Positions 36,212 to 47,491 of a stretch of 64,000 bases of DNA are shown piece by piece; the first letter of the stretch is position 1; each line of letters opens with the position of its first letter. Made by a program: the position numbers and the translations under genes. The notes below the pieces were generated by a model. It ran no database searches and was not told the origin of the DNA. It saw only the letters and a list, made by a program, of their open reading frames with translations. Source of the stretch: Flectonema sp. DT1601 (taxonomy: Eukaryota); NCBI GenBank assembly GCA_964019425.1, contig OZ025798.1, forward strand, positions 1,116,001 to 1,180,000, given 5' to 3'.

Positions 36212-37510
36212 ATGTCATTTCCGGTTCAAGCAGTTAAGAAAAAACATCTTCAGAAGAAGAAATGTTCATCTAAATCATCACCGTGGACTCAGGTGTACAG
36301 CAGGTCAAACCCTGATGCTTTTATCTCAAGAGGTCAGACGATTTCTGTTGATGACAATAACGTAATGATCTTAGGAACTCCAACATCAAAGGAAGCCGGA
36401 ACAGACTACGGTCGATGGTGTGAGTTTACGATGCATCTACCAACTGGAAAGATTAAAAGAGTAAAAACAACTTTATCAAAACCAGATGGAAGACGAGGTC
36501 ACAGCTGTATAAAAGTTGACGACAAAGTATACGTACTTGGAGGATGGGATTCAAAAGCTCAATTCAACGACATGTACTCTCTCGATCTTCCTACCTTAAA
36601 ATGGACAAGTCATGGTTCAATGTTATTATCTCACAGATCAGGTCATGCTGTAGCAGCTGTAAAAGATGGTTTTGTTATTCATGGAGGAGCTGCTTGTGAA
36701 GGAGGTTATTATAAATTTATGAGAGACGCATTCTACTACTCAACTGTGACACATCAAATGCTGATGATTCCTGCTAGTAATTCTTACCCTCCTGGACGAG
36801 CCCAACATGGAATGGTCTTCAATGAAGAAACGAATGAATTATTTATATTCGGAGGATTAAAACAGTCGAGACTCGACACAACTAACGGTAATGAGATTGT
36901 TGACAATCGTCTTAACGATGTTTGGGTAACTGAGCTAACCTACGACACGGGGTCGTACTACGCTGAGGGTTGGCGTAAACTTCCTCCGATGCCTTTCAAA
37001 TCATTTTATACTCCAGCAAAACCATTTCGATCACCGCAGGCTTCACGAGGAGTTTTCGTTAGAAACAATTGTTTCTACGTCTACGGAGGGGAACAAAGTT
37101 ATTTAGAACGTCCCGACTACATCTGTCAGTTTAATATGAAACGAAAAGTGTGGAGAAAAATCCCACAACGGAACCCGCCTGAGTTTCAAGCGATATCTGG
37201 TTTAGTTTCAGGGAATACTGCAATCCTCTCTTCGTGGTCGTATGTAAATGCGAAGACTCCAAATAAGTTTTGGTTAGCACCTGCTGATGTCCTCCTCGGG
37301 CCATCTCGCTGGACTCAGAAGAAGCATCAGTGGTTTCCGAAAGAGCAGCGTTTTCCCTACCGCTGTTTGCTCTTCTTCCTTTCGAAAAGCGACGAGCTGT
37401 ATCCTGGAAGTGATATTTGTGATCTGATTGCGAAGTTCTTCATGGACTCAGAGTACTTTGAGGATAAATCAAAACTAACTATCGCAGCAGAGGTTGATCC
37501 TCAACTCTAA
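36212..37510 (+). CDS. Kelch-repeat beta-propeller protein
   Basis: Kelch motifs RRGHSC...VYVLGGWD, RSGHAV...VIHGG, GRAQHGM...LFIFGG and FYVYGG. Confidence 0.85.
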   Translation: MSFPVQAVKKKHLQKKKCSSKSSPWTQVYSRSNPDAFISRGQTISVDDNNVMILGTPTSKEAGTDYGRWCEFTMHLPTGKIKRVKTTLSKPDGRRGHSCIKVDDKVYVLGGWDSKAQFNDMYSLDLPTLKWTSHGSMLLSHRSGHAVAAVKDGFVIHGGAACEGGYYKFMRDAFYYSTVTHQMLMIPASNSYPPGRAQHGMVFNEETNELFIFGGLKQSRLDTTNGNEIVDNRLNDVWVTELTYDTGSYYAEGWRKLPPMPFKSFYTPAKPFRSPQASRGVFVRNNCFYVYGGEQSYLERPDYICQFNMKRKVWRKIPQRNPPEFQAISGLVSGNTAILSSWSYVNAKTPNKFWLAPADVLLGPSRWTQKKHQWFPKEQRFPYRCLLFFLSKSDELYPGSDICDLIAKFFMDSEYFEDKSKLTIAAEVDPQL

Positions 37511-37922
37511 CCAAACTTAACGTTATTACTAATGAGTGACGGAATGCTTTTATCTTATTGTCAGTCACCACCTAACTCTATCTAACCTATGGTACATAAT
37601 TATCCGAATGTTTGTTACCATTTTATTATGTTTTTTCGTTGAAGTTTGTCACAGGCGGTCCACTCCCTTAAGATAGTCCTGTATGATCTCTGAGTCTGAC
37701 ATTCTCTCCCTAGCCCTTTTGAGCCGCCGATTGCAGGCTATTCTCTAATCGAGAATTTTTTTCGTTTATGTGAACCTTACTTAGCGTGGCTATGCAGTAT
37801 CTCGCCTGAAATAATATGAATTACGCTTACTAATAATACCTTTTATGTTTTTAAAATTCGATGATATTATTGTGTTTTAATTTTCCAGGTATCAGTTGTA
37901 TCTATTTTAGTTTTATCAGAAA

Positions 37923-39046
37923 ATGATTCGTCAACTGGGTGACAAGGCAGAAGTCACAAGGGAAGCACCTTCACTTCCGTGGGTTGAGAAGTATCGTCCA
38001 AAGACCGTAAATGACGTTGTTCACCAAGATGAGATTGTTAATGTAATGAAAAAAGTATTGCAGTCAGATGTTCCTAATTTACCTCACTTGTTATTTTATG
38101 GACCTCCCGGAACAGGAAAGACGAGTGTTATTCAGGCAGCTTGCAGACAGCTTTATGGACCCAAATACTATTCTTCGCGAGTGTGTGAATTAAACGCTTC
38201 TGACGACCGTGGTATTAAAGTAATTAGAGAAAAGGTTAAGACATTTGCTCAAGCAGCAGTACACACAAATCCTGAATTAGTTCAAAACGGAGTAAAGTAT
38301 CCAGTACCACCTTATAAGGTTATCGTTCTTGATGAAGCTGACGCGTTGTTACCAGACGCACAGGGAGCTCTTCGTCGAATTATTGAACAGTACTGCAATG
38401 TCACTCGATTCTGTTTAATTTGTAATTATGTCTCGAGGATTATTGAACCTCTCGTATCCAGATGTGCGAAGTTTAGATTCCGTCCAGTAAAGAAGGAGGC
38501 GATGATTAAAAGAATAAAAGACATTTCTGACAAGGAATCGATCGTACTTTCTGACGTGTCACTTCTCGACCTTCACCAAGTTTCTTGTGGAGATCTTCGT
38601 CTTGCTGTTCAATACCTGCAAGGTGCGCAGAAAGCCTACGGAAATGACCTCTCGAACGCTTCATTTTCGGAGCTTTCTGGTAGAGTACCTGACCATAACA
38701 TGAGGCAATTTTATGAGACTTTTTGGTCGAATTCTTTCTTTTCAATGCAGAAAGTTGTTAAGGTATGCGTACTACTAGTTCTTGTTAAACTAATCCCACA
38801 AAAACAATTATAACAAAACAAATACAGGGCCTCGTTGGAAATGGTTTTGCCGCAGTTCAGATTCTAACTCAGATCGTTGACTTTGTTGAGAATGAAGACC
38901 CTTCTCGTCTATCTGATATTCAGAAGGCGAATATTCTCATCAAAGCAGCAACACTTGAAAAACCATTATTCGATGGTTCCAGTGAAGTGTTACAATTACT
39001 TGACTTTGGAGGCTACTGCTTGACAGTTATATCTGGAGCAGCGTAG
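37923..39046 (+). CDS. RFC4: Replication factor C small subunit (human RFC4 / yeast Rfc2 type); join(37923..38762,38828..39046)
   Basis: PWVEKYRP, Walker A GPPGTGKT, ELNASDDRGI, PPYKVIVLDEAD and SRC motif. A 65-nt intron adds a C-terminal exon ending DGSSEVLQLLDF... Confidence 0.9.
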
Positions 39047-39307
39047 TGTTTTCTGCAGTAGCACCACTGCAGGTCTATAACAGGTGACAGCCAGCGTCCA
39101 TTGACGCCTTTTCAGCTGATTAAAAGTTTGAGATAGCCGCGTGCTGTCTGTATTGAGTTTTCTCAAAACTCCAACAGTCCGATCGCAACGGGTAGGACCT
39201 ACCCGTCGATGGAGGATTTCGTTAGTTATTTTTTCTTTTCTCACAAACCGATAAAACAATTATTTTCCTTTTTTTTCTCACCCAAAGTCGGATATATTCA
39301 ATTCAAT

Positions 39308-40879
39308 ATGCACGCAGAGAACCTTGCTCAGGGAGTTACATACCTTCCAATTTGGTATCAATTATTGAGCATAACTGGAACTGTATTGCTGTTATGGTAT
39401 TCCGAACAGGCTGCTAGTATGTGGGGACTTTATGATGATATTTATAATGTTGTGATCACTCCAATATTAAAGTCATTAAGAGTTGATATGTACCTTTCAA
39501 CTGATTATAGAGAACTGTTTGAAGAGCTAATGCTAAGGCATCAGATGTTAATGATTGTTCAGTCAGTCGTTCTCGGTGGAGTTTATTTAGTCTTGAAAAG
39601 ATTCTCAGGAGAATCCATCACCAGGCAACTAACTGAATCTCAAACTGCTCGTGTTGGTATTCATATTTTAGATATCACTGAAGTTCTCACAGTTATTAAA
39701 ACTTTTGCAACGAAAGAAGTACTTCAGGAAATGATACCTGCATTAGAAGCAACAATGTATAATAACTTAATATCACCGTGCATCAAATGGGGATCTCTTA
39801 TTGGAACTTGGTGGCTTGCGAATGTTGTATTCGCTGCAGTAATCGCGTTACTCTATAGAATAGCACTTCTGATTGCGACTCAAAAATTCCCTCCTCGTGA
39901 GAAAGATGGAATCCGATGGTATATTATGGCTTTTCTTATAGTGAGACCGCTGGTTAGTATTTTTTGGTGGCAAGTTGATCCGGACAACCCTCATATATCC
40001 CCGAGTTTTCTGACTTTTTGTGTTATGATTCTTAAAACTGTTTTTGTATACGGAACCATAAATATTCAAAACCAAGAAGACGTTGAATCAGGTGAAGACA
40101 TTGGTGTTAAATACCTGGGACAGACCGACATTACAATAAAAATGATCGCAACTGGATTCACGAAGAGGTTTAGAATACTATTATTCCAACCTCTTATTCA
40201 CGTCGTCCAATCTCTTATTCTTATACTTTCACTGAATACTATCGCTATTTTATTGGTTATAATGTGCATGTATTTATTTTTAATTTGGTCACCAGCGGCA
40301 ATCGCTGTCATGTCAATAGATTTCTTTTTCAACGTATCAGCAGCAGCTGCTTTTATTTGGTATTACTTGGATGCTCCGCTTTGCTTTACGGTTTTTGAAA
40401 ATGTAAAGACTGCTTGTTTTATCTTTACGTTTGGTACTTTAGCATTGACTTTTATTTCATATTTTTGGATTTCTCATGGGATTGTGGGACTGACTGCAAT
40501 GACATTAGCAGCAGTGTTTGCTTGTTTACTACTACCTAGTCTTCATGAAACTCTTGCAATGCTCATAGGAATGACGATGCTCTCAGTTGTCTGTGTTATC
40601 GCTTCTCGGATTAATAAAAACGACGGATCATCTGGTTGTCATCAACAGCTTATTCGCAGATATTTTCACGCAGCTGTTTCAACCATCACTTTAGGAGGAG
40701 CTTTCTTTGGTTCATACCTCCTTCCTGCATTGTGTATTCCTGAAGCATTCTCTCCACCAGTAACTGCTATTCTTTTCTTATTCTTGTTGGGTTTATTTAA
40801 AGAGTTGGAGCCAGAGATTCTCACGTTTACGGACCGCGCTCTATTTAATATTGTCCCTGCTAGGGCACACAGTGATTGA
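39308..40879 (+). CDS. Polytopic membrane protein of unknown function
   Basis: Long ORF with about 10 or more hydrophobic segments. ATG 39308 chosen over 39209 because the upstream part reads through a pyrimidine-rich tract. Confidence 0.7.
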   Translation: MHAENLAQGVTYLPIWYQLLSITGTVLLLWYSEQAASMWGLYDDIYNVVITPILKSLRVDMYLSTDYRELFEELMLRHQMLMIVQSVVLGGVYLVLKRFSGESITRQLTESQTARVGIHILDITEVLTVIKTFATKEVLQEMIPALEATMYNNLISPCIKWGSLIGTWWLANVVFAAVIALLYRIALLIATQKFPPREKDGIRWYIMAFLIVRPLVSIFWWQVDPDNPHISPSFLTFCVMILKTVFVYGTINIQNQEDVESGEDIGVKYLGQTDITIKMIATGFTKRFRILLFQPLIHVVQSLILILSLNTIAILLVIMCMYLFLIWSPAAIAVMSIDFFFNVSAAAAFIWYYLDAPLCFTVFENVKTACFIFTFGTLALTFISYFWISHGIVGLTAMTLAAVFACLLLPSLHETLAMLIGMTMLSVVCVIASRINKNDGSSGCHQQLIRRYFHAAVSTITLGGAFFGSYLLPALCIPEAFSPPVTAILFLFLLGLFKELEPEILTFTDRALFNIVPARAHSD

Positions 40880-41436
40880 ATGATAAAAAGTACGTTCTGA
40901 ACTTGTGAAAGTAAATAGAATAGTAATATACATTGTACTAGTGAAGTTCAGCAACGTATTGAGATGTGAGGAAAACGAAATAAATTTTGTTCTGATGAAG
41001 TTCTGCAACGACACCTCACAGTTGTTCTGGTCAAGGGACGACTTGTTGAATCGCAAAGTCGGGGAAAAGAAGCTTCTAAACTATTTGTGTGTAAATAGTC
41101 AGATGAATATTTTTCGTTTTTTTTTTGTATTTTGTTATTTCGTTCACGTAGAATTTATTCCGCTTCTTATATTACCTACTGAACAGTCACCTTTTCGCTT
41201 TTGCTCTTGCCCCCTGTCTTGTGGTTCACACAACGAAAAGTGACACGGAAGGTTCTCATCCGCTCAAAATTATTTAATTAATCTGCTGACTTGTCTGTTA
41301 GCAATTTACGGTTTCTACTTAGAATGATATTCTGATTGTGTTCATAAAGCAATTCGTACTTTACTTCAACAGAAAGATGATTCGAATGAGAGTTGTGACG
41401 GTTGTTTCTCTTCAGGCTCGTGTTAAATTGTAATTA

Positions 41437-41453
41437 TCTTCCCTTCCTTCCAG
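41437..41453 (+). promoter_or_regulatory. Representative putative trans-splice acceptor (pyrimidine tract + AG)
   Basis: TCTTCCCTTCCTTCCAG ends 7 nt before the Vps34 ATG. Similar sites end at 2447, 16688, 37888, 55600 and 63710. Confidence 0.55.
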
Positions 41454-41460
41454 AACGAAG

Positions 41461-44396
41461 ATGATCGCTGACGGACTGGTGAGCTCCAGTTCACCAGCGC
41501 AGAATGCGTTGGCAGGTGAACCCGGCAGCACGTACTGTTTTAGTAAAGATTTAGATATCCCATTTAGAGTAAAGTTAGAAGAGTTAGAAGGAATGCTCGT
41601 AACTGAAGGAGTTGTTCCTCAGGATTCGAATGCTGATATGTACGTCATATTAGAGCTTTGGGCTGATGGAAGGAAATTATGCGCCTCAGCCTGCAGTGGA
41701 AGATGTAAGAACAAGAGCAACATGACAAATCGTTATATTTGGCATGACGTAGTTACATTTCCTATTTCAGTATGTGACCTGCCATTAGATACTTTGTTGT
41801 GTTTGACTGTTTGGAGTTCAGAAAGTACGGAACCTGTTGGTGGTACTTCTGTCTATGTCTACTCAACTATCGGACAGCTGAAACGTGGACTTCGTCGACT
41901 TCTTCTTCACACAGGAAAACCCGCAGACGGGGTAGAACCGAGTTCTACTCCTGCGAAGATTAACGAAGACACCTTCTCAACAAGAACTGATAAGATTATG
42001 TTAAAATATTCTTTAAGTCAAATGAGACGTATCGGATGGTTAGATCAATTGACATTCATGGAAGTAAATAAACAAAAGAGAGACTGCGCTGACAACAGTG
42101 AACAACTCGTACTACTAATTGAGTTTCATAAGTTCCAGTTACCAATATATCACGTCTCCCTTCATAGTCAAGTTCCTCATAATTATAAGACTATTCCAAT
42201 GACTGGACTCGTTACTGTTAGAGACCCAGAAATGGATTTATCTGAGTCTCCATGTGAAGTAAAAGCAAACAGAATAATGAAGAGTCGACATCTTATTGTT
42301 GATCCTGACTTGAAACCAAATGCTCAACAGTATGAAAAGCTGCAGGTTATTCTGAGAGGGTCTCCTCTTAAAGGTCCAACACAAGAGAATGGTCACTTGC
42401 TGTGGCAATTCAGATATTTTCTGCGGAAAAACAAGATTGGATTTACAAAGTTCATGCGTTGTGTTGATTGGTCTGATACTCAGGAAGAAGCGATGGCATC
42501 AAAACTAATTCCTGGATGGGGAGGTCTTGTTTTAGAAGAATGTTTAGAGTTGTTGGGAACTGCTTTTAAAAGAATTGATAAAGTACGAAGTCATGCTGTT
42601 GAACGTCTCGACCAGGAGAGTGTTGATATGCTTCTCACTGTTCTACTCCAACTTGTTCAGTCGCTTCGATATGAAAAGGATCCTCTGAACTGTCCGCTAC
42701 TTGAAATGTTAATTCAAAGAGCATCAACACACTGGGAACTCTGTTCAACATTCTACTGGCACTGCTCTGTTGAAACAGATGATGCCAGTCCTGAAATGGC
42801 TAAGATGTTTCGACAGGTAGCTGACAAACTTGTGCATCGCCTTGAGATAAATCAACCAGTATTTCAAGCGAGGTTATTAAAACAAGAAATGATGATGAAA
42901 TGTCTCTCGAGTATTCAGGAGACAAGTTCTGCTGCTGGAGGGCGAGAGAAGAGACGAGAAAAAGCAACCGACATAGTCCGAACTGGAGGTTGTGGTGTTA
43001 CTCAGGTCTTCCAGAGGGTTTGTTTTTATTATTTTTTATCAACAAGTCTTTCACTATTGATTTTTTTCAATAATAAAATCAACAACAACAACAACAGAGA
43101 GGATCTGCTTCACACAACGCTAACGAACCGAAGGATGCGAAGGGAGCTCTTTCATCCATTGGAACGAAGGGATTTGCGATTGCAAAAGCAAGCATAGCTC
43201 ACTTATACAAAGTTGAGGAAAATACTCACCAAGAAGCAAACCAAGAAGAAGAAAGTGCTGCAAATCCAATGGTGTGACATAAAAAATAATATTTACATCA
43301 ACTAATAATCATTTCCTTTAAATTAAAAAAAAAAATCATAACACAGATCTCGACTCCGCTATTCCCCGATACCGAAGTCACTCAAATGCGTCACGATGAT
43401 ATTTATCTATTTAAAAGTGCTAAAATGCCAATGGGTATGTCTCTTTAATAAGTAATATAAAGAACAACAACAACAACAACAAAACAACACAGCAATCTCA
43501 TTCACCAGAGCAGAGCCATCAAGTGACGGTGATAAGAAGCTTTCATTGATGTATAAAGCTGGTGATGATATAAGACAGGATCAGTTAGTACTTCAATTAG
43601 TAACTGTAATGGATAAATTACTCCATAGAGATGGATTGGATTTGAAATTAACCCCTTATAGATGTCTAGCAACTGGTCTTAATGATGGCATAATGGAAAA
43701 GGTTCCAAATGTGACTCCTTTACAAGATATCTTTGATGACATTCATGGTCACTTTCGGAAGTATAATTTTGATGAGAATGGTGAATTTCAATTGACCAAA
43801 GACTGTCTTGACAATTGGATGAAAAGCAATGCTGGATATGCTGTAATCACATTTCTGCTTGGAATTGGGTATGTTTTGTTATTGTTTCTCTCTTCGGGAA
43901 GAAATAAACAAACAAACAAACAAACAAACACACAAACAGTGATCGTCATCTTGAGAACTTACTCGTCACTAAAGACGGTCGATTACTTCACATCGATTTC
44001 GGTTTTATCCTCGGAAGGGATCCAAAGCCGTTTCCACCTCCTCTTAAGTTACGAAAGGAGATGGTTGACGCGATGGGAGGAACGGAGTCAGCTCGATTTA
44101 ATGAATTTAAAAAACTCTGCTGCAGTGCCTTCAACATAATAAGAAAGCATAGTTCACTTGTTATAAATATGCTTGCAATGATGACTGATGCAAGTATTCC
44201 TGACCTAACACCTGATATTAGAGCAACTAAGAATATTTATGCAAAGATTCAAGCTGTTGAAGACAAGCTTCGACTCGACTTGAATGACACAGAAGCAACA
44301 AACTACTTCTTAGAAGTAATTAACGAAGCAATCACAAGTATTTTTGGTAAAATGGGTGATTGGATGCATAAGAAGGCTGTCGCATTCCGTTCTTAA
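41461..44396 (+). CDS. VPS34: Class III phosphatidylinositol 3-kinase Vps34; join(41461..43017,43098..43271,43347..43434,43493..43868,43940..44396)
   Basis: C2 domain, helical PIK domain (LLWQFRYFL, LLQLVQSLRYE) and kinase motifs FKSAKMP, KAGDDIRQDQL, LGIGDRHLEN (spans intron 4) and HIDFGF. All four introns restore the frame. Confidence 0.93.
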
Positions 44397-44923
44397 CATG
44401 TCGCTCTAAATCTATTTTGTTTTTTCTTGAATTCGTTTCGATTCGTTTGTTTCATAGTTCGGTATGACTAATGTGAGCTGATCCAATGTACTCTCCACCT
44501 TTTGAACATCGAGAGGAATATTTCTCAGCTCAACTGTAGCTTTTTATTATTCCTATTTGTTCCTTGCCTCTTATGCTATATTGTAGTAGAAAATACTGTA
44601 CGCCTATTTGCGTACAGGCGATGATTTAAAAGCTCAGTCTTGTTAGCAAAGACTGTCAAGAATACACTTGCTTAAGGTACGTCATCCGCAATACACGGAA
44701 CTACTACTTACTTTCACTCAATTCAGTTAAAGAGGTCGCAGTGTGGCCTTTGTTTTTATTACAATCCGTGAGATGATGTTGCATGTAAACACTTACTGCA
44801 TCATATTATTTTAGTTTTGACAGGTGTTCTTATAGTGTGAGGTGTTGTTGTGTTGTTTAGGAATATAATTTAATTATAAAAACATTATTTACAATCCCAA
44901 TAGGTAACTCAAAAACTAACTCA

Positions 44924-47185
44924 ATGCGGTCTTTAGTGGCAGCTTGCTCTCTGCTAGCAGTCTCGAGTGCAGCACCACCTGAGCTTGCGCCACGTCTGCA
45001 GCCATTGCCAGTTGGTTCAATCACTCCAAAAGAGTGGCTTCTGAAGCAACTGACTCTTCAGGCTGAAGGACTGTCTGGACACTTGTCTCAATTCTGGCCT
45101 GATGTGATGTCTTCTATTTGGATTGGAGGAACACACGATCCAGGTCTTCATGAAAGGACACCATATTGGTTAAATGGTGTTGTACCACTCTCATATTTAT
45201 TAAAGAATGCAGGTGTTGAGTTACTTCCAGGATCTAAAGGAATATACAAAGCCCCCTGGGGTGTGAACAGCACTCTCTGCACAACTGGAACTGCTCCAAA
45301 AGGTGCTTCCGTGTTGTCGACTAGCAATGTTGGGAACGCAAAGGAGTGCTGGTCGATGTGTGTAAATGAAGAAGAGTGTGAGGCTTTCTTAGTGACATCC
45401 AACACAAGTTGCAGTCTTTTCGGATCCACAGGTAGCGTCATGGCTTCATCAGATGAGAACTGCTACGGGCAAATGGGAGTGAAGCCGGTCAACGTTACTG
45501 CTCAGGTAGAGAAGTACGTTTCATATGTCCTCTCTCACCAGGCTTCAAATGGTTGGTTAGGACCTGATGACAATGCTGGTAAAGGAGGGCAATACTGGGG
45601 ACCATCAAACATGCTATTCAGTTTGATTCAATATGCTGAAGGTAACGATGACGGTACGAAGTCTACACCAAAGTTTAAACAAGCGACTTCAGCAGTGTTC
45701 CGTCACTTGATGCAACAACAACAACGTATGAAGACAATTCCAATGACTGACTGGGCTCAGTCAAGATGGATTGATATTGTTTACACTTGTGAATGGATGA
45801 TTGACAACGCTGGACTGAGTAGTGAAAATAACACCGCTCTGTACGATCTTTCACTTACTCTTCAACAGCAGGGTCTCGACTGGAATAATTACTTTGAGAC
45901 TTTCGAACCACAAGTAACACAATACGTTCATAACGTTAACAATGCTCAGGCTCTTAAGTCAGCAGCTGTTCAGTACAGATACAACACTTCATCAATGTAT
46001 AAAAACTATACCATGGCTGACTTGAGTCGTCGTAGAATGGAAAACTTAGACGCAAGAGTTGGACTACCAACTGGAATGTTTATCGGTGATGAATGGCTTC
46101 CTCCAAAGCCATTGAGAAGCCCTAGCAGAGGTATTGAATTGTGCGGAGTTGTAGAAGCAATGTTTAGTTATGGAGTTATGTTTTCAATTCACGGTGATCC
46201 AGTGTTTGCTGACCGTGCCGAGAGAATTGCTTACAACGCTCTTCCTGCAACATGGGCTTCACCAACTGGAGGAGATATGTGGGCTCATCAATACCTTCAG
46301 GCAATTAACGAAATAAATGCTATTAAGGCTGACCCTCATGTTTGGACACATGACGGGGATATGGCTGAAACCTACGGTCTGGCTCCTAACTACGGATGCT
46401 GCACTGCTAACTTCAATCAGGGATGGCCAAAGTTTGCTCATAATTTAATATTCATCGATGAGAATGATTTTATTGTAATTGGAATGTATGCTCCTGTTGA
46501 AGCTGTAGTACCAATTGAGGGTCACAAGATCATAATCGATACAAACTATCCATTTGATGATATCGTGAAAGTAACATTTGTAGCAGTGAAGACTATTCAA
46601 CTTAAGTTAAGAATCCCAGGATGGGCAACAACAGCAACAGTTGATGGACAGCCTGCAGCTAATGGAACTTTCTTTAGAGGAACAGTTCAGGCTCATCAAA
46701 CTAAAACTTTTACTATCAACATGAACAGTAAAGTTCGTATTGAGAACCGAGACAATGGAGCAGTTGCTATCCATCACGGAGCTCTCATGTATTCACTTCC
46801 TATTCAACCAAACTACACAGTTTATGGTCATCATTTTGGTAGTGATACTCAAAGTAATGATTATTATCTTAACCCTATCTCTGAGTGGAGGTATGTTCTT
46901 GATGTTGATAGCGAGGATCCTTCGAAATCATTTCAATTCGTAAAGAATGGATATCAACCAGGAACAGCTCCATTCAATCACACTGGATGGCCAACATCTA
47001 TTAAAGCAGTTGTGAGACAGGTTCCAGAAAGTGTTTGGAATATTACAGCAAACTCTGCTTCAGTCCCTCCTACGTCACCAGTTTGTGTGAATGACACGAA
47101 GTGTGATTCACCAAAAACAGTGACGTTAGTTCCTCACGGTGGTACTGAGTTAAGGATTGGGGAGTTCCCTGTATCTGGTTTATAG
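44924..47185 (+). CDS. Secreted GH127-family beta-L-arabinofuranosidase-like glycoside hydrolase with PAN/apple-like insert
   Basis: Signal peptide; ERTPYWLNG, HNVN, IELCGVVE, ERIAYNALP, YGCCTANFNQGWPK, TNYPF and LRIPGW. No introns. Confidence 0.88.
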   Translation: MRSLVAACSLLAVSSAAPPELAPRLQPLPVGSITPKEWLLKQLTLQAEGLSGHLSQFWPDVMSSIWIGGTHDPGLHERTPYWLNGVVPLSYLLKNAGVELLPGSKGIYKAPWGVNSTLCTTGTAPKGASVLSTSNVGNAKECWSMCVNEEECEAFLVTSNTSCSLFGSTGSVMASSDENCYGQMGVKPVNVTAQVEKYVSYVLSHQASNGWLGPDDNAGKGGQYWGPSNMLFSLIQYAEGNDDGTKSTPKFKQATSAVFRHLMQQQQRMKTIPMTDWAQSRWIDIVYTCEWMIDNAGLSSENNTALYDLSLTLQQQGLDWNNYFETFEPQVTQYVHNVNNAQALKSAAVQYRYNTSSMYKNYTMADLSRRRMENLDARVGLPTGMFIGDEWLPPKPLRSPSRGIELCGVVEAMFSYGVMFSIHGDPVFADRAERIAYNALPATWASPTGGDMWAHQYLQAINEINAIKADPHVWTHDGDMAETYGLAPNYGCCTANFNQGWPKFAHNLIFIDENDFIVIGMYAPVEAVVPIEGHKIIIDTNYPFDDIVKVTFVAVKTIQLKLRIPGWATTATVDGQPAANGTFFRGTVQAHQTKTFTINMNSKVRIENRDNGAVAIHHGALMYSLPIQPNYTVYGHHFGSDTQSNDYYLNPISEWRYVLDVDSEDPSKSFQFVKNGYQPGTAPFNHTGWPTSIKAVVRQVPESVWNITANSASVPPTSPVCVNDTKCDSPKTVTLVPHGGTELRIGEFPVSGL

Positions 47186-47363
47186 AATCTTGTGTGGAGT
47201 ATTTTCGTTCTTTCCTTCATTTTTTTTTTTTTTTTTTTTTTTTTTTTCGTTGAATTTCAGCATTATCTTTTATGTGCTGTTTCAAATAACGTACCTCTTT
47301 GCGTGACACAAAAAAAAAAAAAAAAAAAAAAGGATCTTTTTTTGTTTTTTTTTTCCTCCTAAA

Positions 47364-47491
47364 CTTTAGTTGTCTTCAATGTTAGCTTCTGGGCAAAATG
47401 GGGAGCGACTGGGAATTGATCACTTTGCTGAAGCTATGAAACTGCAATCTTCGTGATTGGGTCCTTACTGATGCGAGCTACCCTGGTAGAC
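47364..47491 (+). repeat. Dispersed ~125-nt intergenic repeat, copy B
   Basis: Aligns by eye with 4460-4582. Confidence 0.85.

Noticed and set aside
37708..37720. 13-mer CCCTAGCCCTTTT repeated at 59395
   Set aside because: The similarity barely extends, and chance 13-mer pairs are expected in 64 kb.
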